Origin: the human T2T-CHM13v2.0 reference genome, Homo sapiens | NCBI RefSeq assembly: GCF_009914755.1 | Contig: NC_060936.1 | DNA length: 64,000 bases | Reading direction: 5' to 3' (one strand) | In this document: piece after piece, positions 27,084 through 48,125 of the stretch | Layout of the letters: every line of letters begins with the position of its first letter | How positions within the stretch are numbered: position 1 is the first letter of the stretch | Notes under the pieces: model-generated | Databases searched by the model: none | Seen by the model: the letters and a program-made list of their open reading frames with translations, nothing else | Told to the model about the DNA's origin: nothing | Program-made: the position numbers and the translations under genes

Positions 27084-27654
27084 TAGGTTGGGTGCAGTGG
27101 CTCACTCCTGTAATCCTAGCACTTTGGGGAGCTGAGGTAGGGGATTGTTTGAACCCGGGAGTTTGAAATCAGCCTGGGCAACATGGTGAAACCCTATCTG
27201 CACAAAAAACACAAAAATTAGCTGGGTGTACTTGCAGGTGCCTGTGGTCCCAGCTACTCAGGAGACTGAGGTGGGAGGATAGCTGGAGCCTGGGAGGTCG
27301 AGGCTGCAGTGAGTTGTGATCATGCCACTGCACCCCAGTGTGGGTGATAGAGTGAGACCCTGTCTCAGACAAAAACAAAAACAAACCAAATATAATGTTT
27401 ATGTGATACACACTTGATTTCTTTCCAAAGGGGTATATAACACTCTACTTTCACCAGCAATATGCTACTACTTATTTCCTATATACTATCACTTGTGTGC
27501 AGTCAAGGAAACTTCATAGGCCTGAATTGCTCAAACCTGGCATACTCCAAAGAAAGGTTTGACTCTATCTTAGCTCCCAGGAAATAACCTCTAAGTCCTT
27601 GGAATCTCCTGCCTATCTGGGAGTTAACAACGTGATTTATTATGGGGACCTTGG

Positions 27655-29217
<1,563 letters not shown>

Positions 29218-29504
29218 TAGTAGAGATGGGGTTTCACCATGTTGGCCAGGCTGGTCTTGAACTCCTTACCTCAGGTGATGCAAACCACCTCGGACTCCTA
29301 AAGTGTTGGGATTACAGGGGTGAGCCACCACACCCAGCCCTGGCTAATTTTTGTATTTTTAGTGGAGACAGGGTTTCACCATATTGGCCAGGCTGATCTC
29401 GAACTCCTGACCTCAAGTGATCTCCCTGCCTCGGCCTCCCAAAGTGTTGGGATTAGAGGCATGAGCCACTGTGCCCGGACTGCTTTTGGACAAATCATCT
29501 CTGT

Positions 29505-29645
29505 TCTTATATTATGTCCACTAGAATGTAAACTTGATGAGAGCAGGAGATATTGTCAATTTTGTTCACTGCTATTTATCCCCAGAGCCTAGAACTGTAC
29601 CATGCACGGGGTAAAGAGACAAATATTTGTTGAATGAATATATTG
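29505..29645 (+). mobile_element. L2 3' terminus
   Basis: 'actagaatgtaaacttgatgagagcagga...ttttgttcactgctatttatccccagagcctagaac...aaatatttgttgaatgaat'. Confidence 0.85.
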
Positions 29646-30488
29646 AGCAACTGTTCTCAGACTTTTTGGTCTCAGAAATTCTTTACTCTCTGTTTCTTTA
29701 CTCCCAACATCAGGTGATCTGCCCACCTTGGCCTCCCAAAGTGCTAGGATTATAGGAGTGAGCCAAAACACCCAGCCACCCAACTAATTTTTGTATGGTA
29801 GTAGGCACAGGGTTTTGTCATGTTTTCCAGGCTGGTCTTGAACTCCTGACCTCAAGTGATCTCCCACCTTAGCCTCCAAAAGTGCTGATATTACAGGCGT
29901 AAGACACCACGCCCGACTAAATAAACCAAAAACTTTAGATAAGTGAATTTGGAGGAAATATTTATAACAGATAAAAAGGACAAACAGATAATTCTAATGT
30001 ACTGTCTCTCTGGCTTAATAAAATATTAGTCAATACCCTAAGAAGAAAGAAACAATATCTAAAAATTCACCATTCACAAACACAAATAGTCGGAAAACAA
30101 AGTCAAAACCTAAGAACTTGTTGAACACTTATCTCTCCTCTGAAATCAGCTCTTGAATGTGTTGAACTAGGATTGATTTCAGATTAGGAAATTTTTAAAA
30201 TATGTTTTAAAGTTTCACTTTTTGGAATTTAAAATTAATCCAAATTATGTAATATATAACATTTAGAATTTAACAATCAATACTCTATCATTTTTTCACT
30301 CTTCAAATAATATCTTGTTCAATAGTTTAAAATGCTTTTAAAATTAATAGATTCTGAAGGCTATAGTCTGTAGAGACTGTCTCTACAAAAAATAGAAATA
30401 TATATACTTTTAAAATATATATAAAATATATATTTTAAATGTATATGTTTTAAGTATATAAAATATATTTTTAAAATTTCATTTTTTC

Positions 30489-30728
30489 GCCAGATCGTAT
30501 GGTAAGCGTATGTTTAGTCTGGCAGGAACTTACAAAACTGCCTTCCACAGTGGCTGTCCCACTTTGCGTTCTCAGCAGAAAGAGAGATGAGTTCCTGTCG
30601 CTCCATATCTTCATCAGCATTTGGTGTTGGTGTTTGCATTCAAGCCAGTCTAAGAGATGTGTAATGGTATCACATCATTGTTTTAATTTGAATCCCTTAG
30701 TGACATATGGTGTTGAGCATCTTTTCAG
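30489..30728 (-). mobile_element. L1MC-like fragment B (continuation of fragment A at 31217-31909)
   Basis: 'gatcgtatggtaag.gtatgtttagt...aaactgccttcca.agtggctgt...gagcatcttttca' is antisense L1M. Confidence 0.8.
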
Positions 30729-30741
30729 AGGTCTAAGAAAT

Positions 30742-37262
<6,521 letters not shown>

Positions 37263-38249
37263 GCTTACATTTATCTTTAAACAAGGGATTGACCCCTTTC
37301 TAAAATATATTTCTGTGAAGACCTGTACCGTCAGTGATATGGCAGGCTCATTTCAGACCATCGAGCACTTTTGTCTCTGGACCACAATTTGCCCTTTGTG
37401 ACCTGCTCTACTAAGAAATTCAAGTGTAATTCAAGTTAGTTTACCCTCTGCTGATCAGGGGAGATTGCTCTTGGTGCAAGTTCAAGACAGGCACTCACAC
37501 CTTCATTCGTACCCCAAATCTCAGCATCACACAATACTCCCATGTAATAAACCTGCACAGGTACCCTCCGGAATCTAAAATGAAAGTTGAAATTCATTAA
37601 AATTTTAATTTCATCTTATTACAAAATAAAGATAAATTTACTTCTTTCCGATTTTGATATACATATTATACTGACATACACACTGTATTCTATGGTGAAT
37701 TATACTGATTGAATTTCACACTTTAAACTAACACTGAGTGACTTTGAAAAACTCTATTGGGTCATAATGCATTATGTTTTTAATATATTTTAATACAATT
37801 TGCAAAAATTTTGTTTTAAAATTACATCTATGTTCCATAAATAAATAAATATGTAAAACAATAAATATTTGTATTATTCAAGTGAAGATTGTAGCAATAT
37901 TTTTGAATATCTACTTAACCTCAACTAGTTTTAATTCAGAAGTAGCAACTCCATAGAAATTCAACTTATTACTACCTTATTACTCATACTTGTCTCCTTG
38001 AAGAAGCTTCATTGCTATCATACAGTTTAGAATGCGATGTCATATATCTCTAGACTGAGTAGTATAATATTCACTGTTCAAATAAAATCAAATTACTATT
38101 ATAATGTTATGACACCTCCAAATACAAGAAGCAAGCCCATGGATGTCAGATTAATGTATAGAGACAAATATTCCTACTTACTATCTTTTAGGGCAAACAT
38201 ATCCCAGCCAAGCTGATTTCAAAATGAAATGGAAACCATATGGTGGAAG

Positions 38250-38359
38250 GGGACTTGGGAATCACATAGATTGGATTTTCATTCCAACCCTTACATACAC
38301 GAGCTGCATGACTCTGGGTAGATTGCATATTCTCTTAGAGTTTCAATATCCTCATCTGT
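38250..38359 (+). mobile_element. MIR fragment cut by the alpha-satellite junction
   Basis: 'agctgcatgactctgggtagatt...ctctt.gagtttcaatatcctcatctgt' resembles the MIR core; stops at the alphoid start. Confidence 0.65.
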
Positions 38360-40945
38360 GCAATATTTGGAGCGCATTGATGCCTACGATGGAAAAGGAA
38401 ATATCATAACATAAAAACTAGACAGAAGCATTCCAATAAACTTCTTCATGATGTGTGCATTCAACACACAGAGTTGAAACTTTCTTTTGATAGTGCAGTT
38501 TTGAAACACTCTTTTTGTAGAATCTGCAAGTTGACATTTGGTGCAAATTGAGGCATATAAGGAAATGGAAATATCTTCACATAAAAACTAGACAGAAGCA
38601 TTCTCAGAAACATCTTTGTGATGTGTGCATTCAATTCACAGAGTTGAACCTTTCTTTTGATAGAGCAGTTTTGAAACACTCTTGTTGTAGAAACTGCAAG
38701 TGGATATTTGGAGAGCTTTGAGGCCTATGGTGGAAAAGGAAATATCGTCACATAAAAACAAGACAGAAACATTCTCAGAAACATCTTTGTGATGTGTGCG
38801 TTCAATTCACAGAGTAGAACCTCTCTTTTGATAGAGCAGTGTTGAAACATTCTTGTTGTAGATTCTGCATTTGGATATTTGGAGCCCTTTGAGGACAATG
38901 ATGGAAAAGGCAATAACTTCACAAAAAAACAAGAGATAAGGATTCTCAGAAACATCTTTGTGATGAGTGCATTCAACTCACAGAGTTGAACCTTTCTTTT
39001 GATAGAGCAGTTTTGAAACACTCTTTTTGTAGAATCTGTAAGTGGATATTTGGAGTGCATTGAAGCTTACGGTGGAAAAGGAAATATCATAACATAGAAA
39101 TTAGACAGAAGGATTCTAAGAAACTACTTTGTGATGTGTGCATTCAACTCACAGAGTTGAACCTTTCCTTTAATAGTGCAGTTTTGAAACACTAATTTTG
39201 TAGAATCTGCAAGGTGATATTTAGTGCAAATTGAGAATATATAAGGAAATGGAAATATCTTCACATAAAAAATAGACAGAAGCATTCTCATAAACTTCTT
39301 TCTGATGTGTGCATTCAACTCCCAGAGTTGATCCTTTCTTTTTATAGAGCAGTTTAGAAACACTCTTTTAGTAGAATTTGCAAGTGGATATTTGGAGCGC
39401 TATGAGGCCGATGCTGGGAAAGGAAATATCTTCACATAAAAACTAGACACCAGCATTCTCAGAAACGCCTTTGTGATGTGTGCATTCAACTCACAGAGTT
39501 CAAATTTTCTTTTGATAGAGCAGTTTTGAAACACTCTTGTTGTACATTCTGCATATGGATATTTGGAGCCCTTTGAGGCCTATGGTGGAAAAGGAAATAT
39601 CTTCACATAAAAAGCAGAGACAAGAATTCTCAGAAACTTCTTTGTGATTTGTGCATTCAACTCAAAGAGTTGAACATTTCTTTTGACAGAGCAGTTTTGA
39701 AACACTCCTTTTTTAGAATCTGCTATTGGATATTTGGAGATTTTTGAGGCCTTCATTGGAAATGTAAATATCTTCACCTAAAAACTAGACAGAAGCGTTC
39801 CCGGAAATTTCTTTGTGATGTGTGCATTCAACTCACAGAGTTGACACTTTCTTTTGATAGTGGAGTTTTTAAACCATCTTCCTGTAGAATCTGCAAGTGT
39901 TCATTTGGAGCGCTTTATGGCCTATGGTGGAAAATGAAATGTCTTTACCGAAAAAACAGACAGAAGCATTCTCAGAAACTGCTTTGTCTTGTGTCCATTC
40001 AACTCACAGAGTTGAACCTTTCTTTTGATAGAGCAGTTTTGAAACACTCCTTTTGTAGAATCTGCTTGTGGATATTTGGAGTTCTTTGAAGAATTTGTTG
40101 GAATCGGGATATCTTCACATAAAATCTAGACAGAAGCATTCTCAGAAACTGCTCTGTGATGTGTGCATTGAACTCACAGAGTTGAACCTTTCTTTTGATA
40201 GAGCAGTTTTGAAACACTCTTTTTGTAGAATACGCAAGTGTTCATTTGGAGGGCTTTGAGGCCTACATTGGAAAAGAAATATCTTCACATAAAAACTAGA
40301 CAGAAGCTTTCCCAGAAACTTCTCTGTGATGTGTGCATTCAACTGACAGAGTTGAACCTTTCTTTTGCTGGTGGAGTTTTGAAACAGTCTTTTTGTAGAA
40401 TCTGCAAGTGTTCATTTGTAACATTTTGAGGCCTTCCTTAAAAAAGGGATTATCATCTCATAAGAACTAGACAGAAGAATTCACAGAAATGGCTTTGTGT
40501 TGTGTGCATTCAACTCACAGAGTTAAACCTTTCTTTTCATAGAGCAGTTTTGAAACATCCTTTTTGTAGAATCTGCAGTGTTCATTTAGAGCGATTTGCG
40601 GCCTGTGGTGGAAAAGGGAATAACTCCTCATAAAAACTTGACAGAAGCATTCTCAGAAACTTTTTTTGCCATGTGTGCATTCAACACACAGAATCGAACC
40701 TTCCTTCTGACAGAGCAGTTTTGAAACAGTGTTTTTGTAGAACCTGCAGCTGCATAATTGGAGCGATTTGAGGCCTATGGTGCAATAGGGTATATCTTCA
40801 CATGAAAACTAGACAGAAGTATTCTCAGAAACAGCTTTCTGATGTGTACATTTAACTCAAAGAGTTAAACATTTCTTTTAATAGAGCAGTTTCCAAACCC
40901 TCCTTTTGTAGAATCTGCTAGTGGATATTTGGAGCTCTTTGAGAC

Positions 40946-43900
40946 CTTCGTTGGAAACGGGTATATCTTCACATAAACCTAGACAGAAGCATTCTCAGAA
41001 AGTTCTCTGTGATGTGGGCATTCAACTCACAGAGTTGAACCTTCCTTTTGATAGAGCAGTTTTGAAACAGTCTTTTTGTAGAATGTGTAAGTGTTCATTT
41101 GGAAGGCTTTGAGACCTATGGTCAAAAGGAAATATCTTCATATAAATAGTAGACAAAAGCATTCTCAGAAACTTCTGTGTGTCGTGTGCATTCAACTAAC
41201 AGAGTTGAAGCTTTCTTTTGATAGAGCAGTTTTGAAAAACCCCTTTTATAGGATCTGAAAGTCTTCATTTTGAGCGCTTTGAGGCCTATGGTGGAAAAGG
41301 AAATATCTTCACATAAAAACTAGACAGAGCATTCTCAGAAACTTCTTTGTGTCGTGTGCATTCAACTAACAGAGTTGAAGCTTTCTTTTGTTAGAGTAGT
41401 TTTGAAACACTCTTTTTGTAGAATCTGCAAGTGTTCATTTGGAGCGCTTTGAGGTCTTCATTGGAAACGGGAATAACTTCTCATAAAAACTAGATAAAAG
41501 CATTCTTAGAAACTTCATTGTGATGTGTGCATTCAATTCACAGAGTTGAACCTTCCTTTTGACAAAGCTGTTTTGAAACAGTGTTTTTGTATAATCTGCA
41601 AGTGGATATTTGGAGCCATTTGAAGCCTATGGTGGAAAACGGAATGCCTTCACATAAAACCTAGACAGAGGTATTCTCAGGAACTTCTTTGAGATGTGTG
41701 CATTCAACTCACAGAGTTGAACCTTTCTTTTGGAAGAGCATTTTGAAACACTCTTTTTGTAGATTCTGCAAGTGTTCATTTTGAGCGCTTTCAGGCCTAT
41801 GGTGGAAAAGGAATTATCTTCACATGAAAACTAGACAGAAGCATTCTCAGGAACTTCTTTGAGATGTGTGCACTCAACTAACAGTTGAAACATACTTTTG
41901 ATAGAGCAGTTTTGACACACCCTATTTGTATAATCTGCAAGTGGATATTTGGAGCGATTTGAAGCCTATGGTGGAAAAGGGAATGCCTTAACATAGAACC
42001 TAGACAGAAGCATTCTCAGGAGCTTCTTCAAGATGTGTGCATTCAACTCACAGAGTTGAAACTTTCTTTTGATGGAGCAGTTTTAAACACTCCTTTTGTA
42101 GAATCTACTACTGGATATTTGGAGATGTTTGAGGCCTTCTTTGGAAACGGGAATATCTTCACATAAAAACTAGACAGAAGCATTCTCAGAAAGTTCTTTG
42201 TGATGTGTGCATTCAACTCACAGAGCTGAACCTTCCTTTGGATAGAGCAGTTTTGAAACAGTCTTTTTGTAGAATCTGCAAGTGTTCATTCGGAGTGCTT
42301 TGAAGACTGTGGTGGAAAAGGACATATCGTCACATAAAAACTAGACAGAAGCATTCTCAGAAACTTCTCTGTGATGTCAGCATTCAACTCACAGAGCTGA
42401 AACTTTCTTTTCAAAGAGCAGTTTTGATAATCTCTTTTTGCAGAATCTGCCAGTGGATATTTGGAGCGCTTTGAGGCCTATGGTGGAAAAGGAATTATCT
42501 TCACATAAAGACTAGACAGAACCACTCTCAGAAACTTCTTTCTGATGTGTGCATTCACAGCAGAGTTGAACCTTTCTTTTGATAGGGCAGTTTTGAAACA
42601 GTCTTTTTGTAGAATCTGCAATGTTCAATTGGAGCGCTTTGAGGCCTATGTTGGAAACGGAAATATCTTCACGTAAAAACTTGACAGAAGCATTCTCAGG
42701 AACTTCTTTGAGATGTGTGCATTCAACTAACAGAGTTGAAACTTTCTTTCGATAGAGCAGATTTGACAAACTCCTTTTGTAGAATCCACTTGTGTATATT
42801 GGGAACTCCTTCAGGAAGTCATTGGAAACGGGATATCTTCACATAAAAATTACATGGAAGCATTTTCAGAAAGTTCTTTCTGATGTGTGCATTCAACTCA
42901 CAGAGCTGAACCTTTCTTTTTAGAGAGCAGTTTTGAATCAGTCTTTTTTAGAATCTGCAAGTGGATATTTGGAGCGATTTGAGGCCTATAGTGGAAAAGG
43001 AAATACCATCACATAAAACCTTGACAGAAGCATTCTCAGGAACTTTTTTGAGATGTGTGCATTCAACTAACCGAATTGAACCTTTATTATTATAGAGTCG
43101 TTTTGAAATACTCCTTTTTTAGAATCTGCTATTGGATATTTGGAGATTTTTGGGGCCTTAGTTGGAAATGGAAATATCTTCACCTAAAAACTAGACAGAA
43201 GCATTCTCGGAAAGTTCTTTGTGATGTGCGCATTCAACTTGCAGAGTTGACCCTTTCTTTTGATCGTGGAGTTTTTAAACAGTGCTTTTGTAGAATCTGC
43301 AAGCGTTCATTTGGAGCGCTGTATGGCCTATGGTGGAAAATGAAATATCTTCACCTAAAAACCAGACAGAAGCATTCTCAGAAACTTCTCTGTGATGTGT
43401 GCATTCAACTCACAGAGTTGAACCTTTCTTTTGATAGAGCAGATTTTGAACAGCCTTTTTGTAGAATCTGCAAGTGTTCATTTGGAGAGACTTGAGGCCT
43501 ATGGTGGAAAAAAGAATATCTTCTCATAAAAACTAGACAGAAGCATTCTCAGAAACTTCTTTGCCATGTGTGCATTTAACTCACAGATTTGAACCGTCTC
43601 TTTGACAGAGTAGTTTTGAAACAGTGTTTTTCTAGACTCTGCAAGTGGACATTTTGAGCCATTTGAGGCCTAAGGTGGAAAACAAAATATCTTCACATGA
43701 AAACTAGACAGAAGCATTGTCAGAAAATTTTTGCTGTATGCATTCAACTCACAGAGTTTAAACTTTCTTTGATAAAGTAGTTTTGAAACACTCCTTCTGT
43801 ACAATGTGCTTGTGGATATTTGAGCTGTTTGAGGAATTCGATGCAAACGTGATATCTTCACATAAAAATTAGACAGAAGCATTCTCAGAAACTGCTTTGT

Positions 43901-46900
43901 GATGTGTGCATTCAACTTACAGTGTTGAAACTTTCTTTTAAGAGTGCAGTTTTGAAACAGTCTTTTTGTAGTATCTGCAAGTGGGTTTTTAGAGACTTTT
44001 GAGGCCTTTTTGGAAAACCGGAATATCTTCAAATAAAAACTAGACAGAAGCATTCTCAGAAACTTCTTTGTGTCCTGTGCATTCAGCTTACTGAGTTGAA
44101 GCTTTCTTTTGGTAGAGCACTTTTGAAACACTCTTTTTGTAGAATCTGCAAGGTTCATTTGGAGCGCTTTGAGGTCTTCGTTGGAAACGGGAATAACTTC
44201 TCATAAAAAACTAGACAAAAGCATTCTCAGAAACTTCATTGTGATGTGTGCATTCAATTCACAGAGTTGAACCTTCCTTTTGACAGAGCTGTTTTGAAAC
44301 AGTGTTTTTGTATAATCTGCAAGTGGATATTTGAAGCGATTTGAAGCCTATGGTGGACAAGGGAATGCCTTCACATAAAACCTAGACAGAAGCATTCTCA
44401 GAAACTACTTTGCCATGTGTGCATTTTACTCACAGAGTTGAACTTTGCTTTTGTCAGGGCAGTTTTGATACAGTGTTTTTATTGAATCTGCAAGTGCATA
44501 TTTGGAGCGATTTGAGGCCTATTGTGGAAAAGGGAATATTTTGGCATGAAAACTAGAGAGAAGTATTCTCAGAAACTTCTTTGTGATGTGTGCATTCAAC
44601 CCACAGAGTTGCACCTTTCTTTTGATACAGCAGATTTGAAACACTCCTTTTGTACAATCTGCTAGTGGATATTTGGAGATGTTTGAGGCCTTCGTTGGAA
44701 ACGGATATATCTTCTCATAAAAACTAGACAGAGGCATTCTCAGGAACTTCTTTGAGATGTGTGTATTCAACTCACAGAGTTGAATCTGTCTTTTGATAGA
44801 GCAGTATTGAAACACTCCTTTTGTAGAATCTTCTTGTGGATATTTGGAACTCTTTGAGGAATTCTTTGGGAACGGGAATCTTCACATAAAATCTAGACAG
44901 AAGCATTCTCAGAAACTTCTTTGTGATGTGTGCATTCAACTCACAGGCTTGAGCCTTTCTTTTGATAGACCAGTTTTGAAACAGTCTTTTGTAGAATCTG
45001 CAAGTGTTCTTTTGGATCGATTAGAGGCCTGTGGTGGGAAAGGGAATATCTTCTAATAAAAACAAGACAGAGGTATTCTCAGAAACTTCTTTGCCATGTG
45101 TGCATTCAACTCACAGAGGTGAACCTTTTTTCAGAGCAGTTTTGAAACGGTGTTATTGTAGAATCTGCAAGTAGATATTTGGAGCAATGTGAGGCCTATT
45201 CTGGGAAAGGAAATATCTTCACATAAAAACTAGACAGAAGCATTCTCTGGAACTTCTTTATGATGTGTGAATTCATGTAACAGAGATGAACCTTTCTTTT
45301 GATAGAGCATATTGGAAACACTCCTTTTGTAGAATCTCCTAGTGGATATTTGGAGATTTTTGAGGACTTCGTTGGAAACGGGAATATCTTCACATAGAAA
45401 CTACACAGAAGCATTCTCAGGAACTTTTTTGAGATGTATACATTCAACTCACAGATTTGAACCTTCGTTTTTATAGAGCAGTTTTGAAACACTCCTTTTG
45501 TAGAATCTGCTTGTGGATATTTAGAGCTCTTTGAGTAATTCGTTGGAAACAGGATATCTTCAAATAAAACTAGACAGAAGCATTCTCAGAAAGTTATTTG
45601 TGGTGTGTGCATTCAACTCACAGAGTTGAACATTTCTTTTGATAGAGCAGTTTTGAAACAGTCTTTTTGCAGAATCTGAAGTGTTCATTCGGAGCACTTT
45701 GAGGCCTTTGGTGGAAAAGGAAATATTATCACATAAATACTAGACAGAAGCATCCTCAGAAACTTCTTTGTGATGTGTGCATTCAACTCACAGAGATGAA
45801 CCTTTCTTTTGATAGAGCGGTTTTGAAATAGTCTTTATGTAGAATCTGCAAGTTGATATTTGGAGCGATTTGAGGCCTATGGTGGAAAAGGGAATATCTT
45901 CTCATAAAAATTAGACAGAAGCATTCTCAGAAAATGCTTGGTGATGTGTACATTCAACTAACGGATTTGAACCTTTCTTTTGATAGAGCAGTTTTGAAAC
46001 ACTCTTTTTGTGAAATATGCAAGTGTTCATTTGGAGCGCTTTGAGGTCTGTGGTGGAAAAAGAAATATCTTCAATATCTTCACATAAAAACTAGACAGAG
46101 GCAGTATCAGAAACTGCTTTGTCTTATATGCATTCAACTCACAGTGTTGAACATTTCTTTTGATAGAACAGTTTTGAAACACTCCTTTATTGGATCAGCA
46201 AGTGTTCGTTTTGAGCTCAGTGAGGCCCATGGTGGAAAAGGAAATATCTTCACACAAAAACTACAAAGAACCATTCTCGGAGAATACTTTGCAATGTGTG
46301 CATTCAACTCACAGAGTTGAACCTTTCTTTTGATAGAGCATGTTTGAAACATTCCTTTTGTAGAATCTGTTATTGGATATTTGGAAATATTTGAGGACTT
46401 CGTTGGAAACGGGTATATCTTCATATAAAAACTAGAGGCAAGCATTCTCAGGAACTTCTTTGTGATGTGTGCATTCAAATCACAGAGTTGAACATTTCTT
46501 TTGATAGAACAGTTTTGAAACACTCCTTTTGTAGCATCTGCTTTTGAATATTTGGAGGTCTTTGAGGAATTCCTTGGAAACTGTATATCTTCACATAAAA
46601 CTTGACAGAAGAATTCTCAGAAAGTTCTTTGTGATGTGTGCATCCAACACACAGACTTGACCGTTTATTTTGATAGAGCACTTTTTAAACAGTCTTTTAG
46701 TAGAATATGAAAGTGTTCACTTGGAGTGATTTGAGTCCTATGGTGGAAAAGGGAATATCTTCTAATAATAACAAGACAGAAGCATTCTCAGAAACTTCTT
46801 TGCCATGTGTGCATTCAACTCACAGAGTTGAATCTTACTTTTGACAGAGCAGTTTTGAAGCAGTGTTTTTGTAGAATCTGCAAGTGGATAATTGGAGTGA

Positions 46901-48125
46901 TATGAGGCCTAAGGTAGAAAAAGAAATATCTTCACATAAAAACTAGACAGAAGCATTCTCTAGAACTTCTTTGTGATGTGTGCATTCATGTAATAGAGAT
47001 TAATCTTTTGATAGAGCAGACTTGAAACACTCTTTTTGTAGAATCTGCTAGTGGATATTTGGAGATTTTTGAGGCCTTCATTGGAAACGGGAATATCTTC
47101 ACATAAAAACTAGACAGAAGCATTCTCAGGAACTTTTTTGATATGTGTGCATTGAACTCACAGAGTTGAACATTTCTTTTGATAGAGCAGTTTTGAAGCA
47201 CTCCTTTTGTAGAATCCACTAGTGGATATATAGAGCTGTTTGAGTAATTCGTTGGAAACGGGATATCTTCACATAAAAACTTGACAGAAGCATTCTCAGA
47301 AAGTTCTTTGTGATGTGTGAATTAAACTCACAGAGTTGAACATTTCTTTTGATAGAGCAGTTTTGAAACAGTATTTTTGTAGAAACTGCAAGTGTTCATT
47401 CAGAGAGCTTTGAGGCCTATGGTGGAAAAGGACATAACTTAACATAAATAGTAGACAGAAGCATCCTCAGAAACTTCTTTGTGATGAGTGCATTCAACTT
47501 ACAGAGTTGAACCTTTCTTTTGATAGAGCAGTTTTGAAATACTCTTTTTGTAGAATCTGCAAGTGTTCCTTTGGAGCGCTTTGAGGTCTATGGTGGAAAA
47601 AGAAATATCTTAAATAACTTGACATAAAAACTAGACAGAAGCCTTCTCAGAAACTTCTTTGTGATGTGTGCATTCAACTCACAGAGGTGAACCTACCTTT
47701 TGAGAGAGCAGTTTTGAAACAGTCTTTTTGTAGAATCTGCAACTGGATATTTGTAATGATTAGAGGCCTATGGTGGAAAAGGAAATATCTTCCCATAAAA
47801 ACTAGACAGAAGCATTCTCAGGAATTTCTTTGAGATGCGTGCATTCATCCAACAGAGTTGAACCTTTCTTTTGATAAAGCAATTTTGAAACACTCCTTTT
47901 GTAGAATCTGCTTGTGGATATTTGGAGATTTTTGAGGCCTTCATTGGAAACGGGGATATCTTCACATAAAACGAGACAGAAGCATTCTCAGAAACATCTT
48001 TGTGATGCGTGTATTCAACTCACAGAGTTGAACTTTTCTTCTGATAGAGAAGTTTTAAAACACTCCTTTTGTAGAATCTAATTGTGGATATTTGGAGCTC
48101 ATTGAGAAATTCGTTGGAAACGGGA
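40946..48125 (+). other. Six intact CENP-B boxes: 40946-40962, 44176-44192, 45367-45383, 46398-46414, 47247-47263, 48109-48125
   Basis: Each matches nTTCGnnnnAnnCGGGn; many other B monomers carry CpG-decayed versions. Confidence 0.9.
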
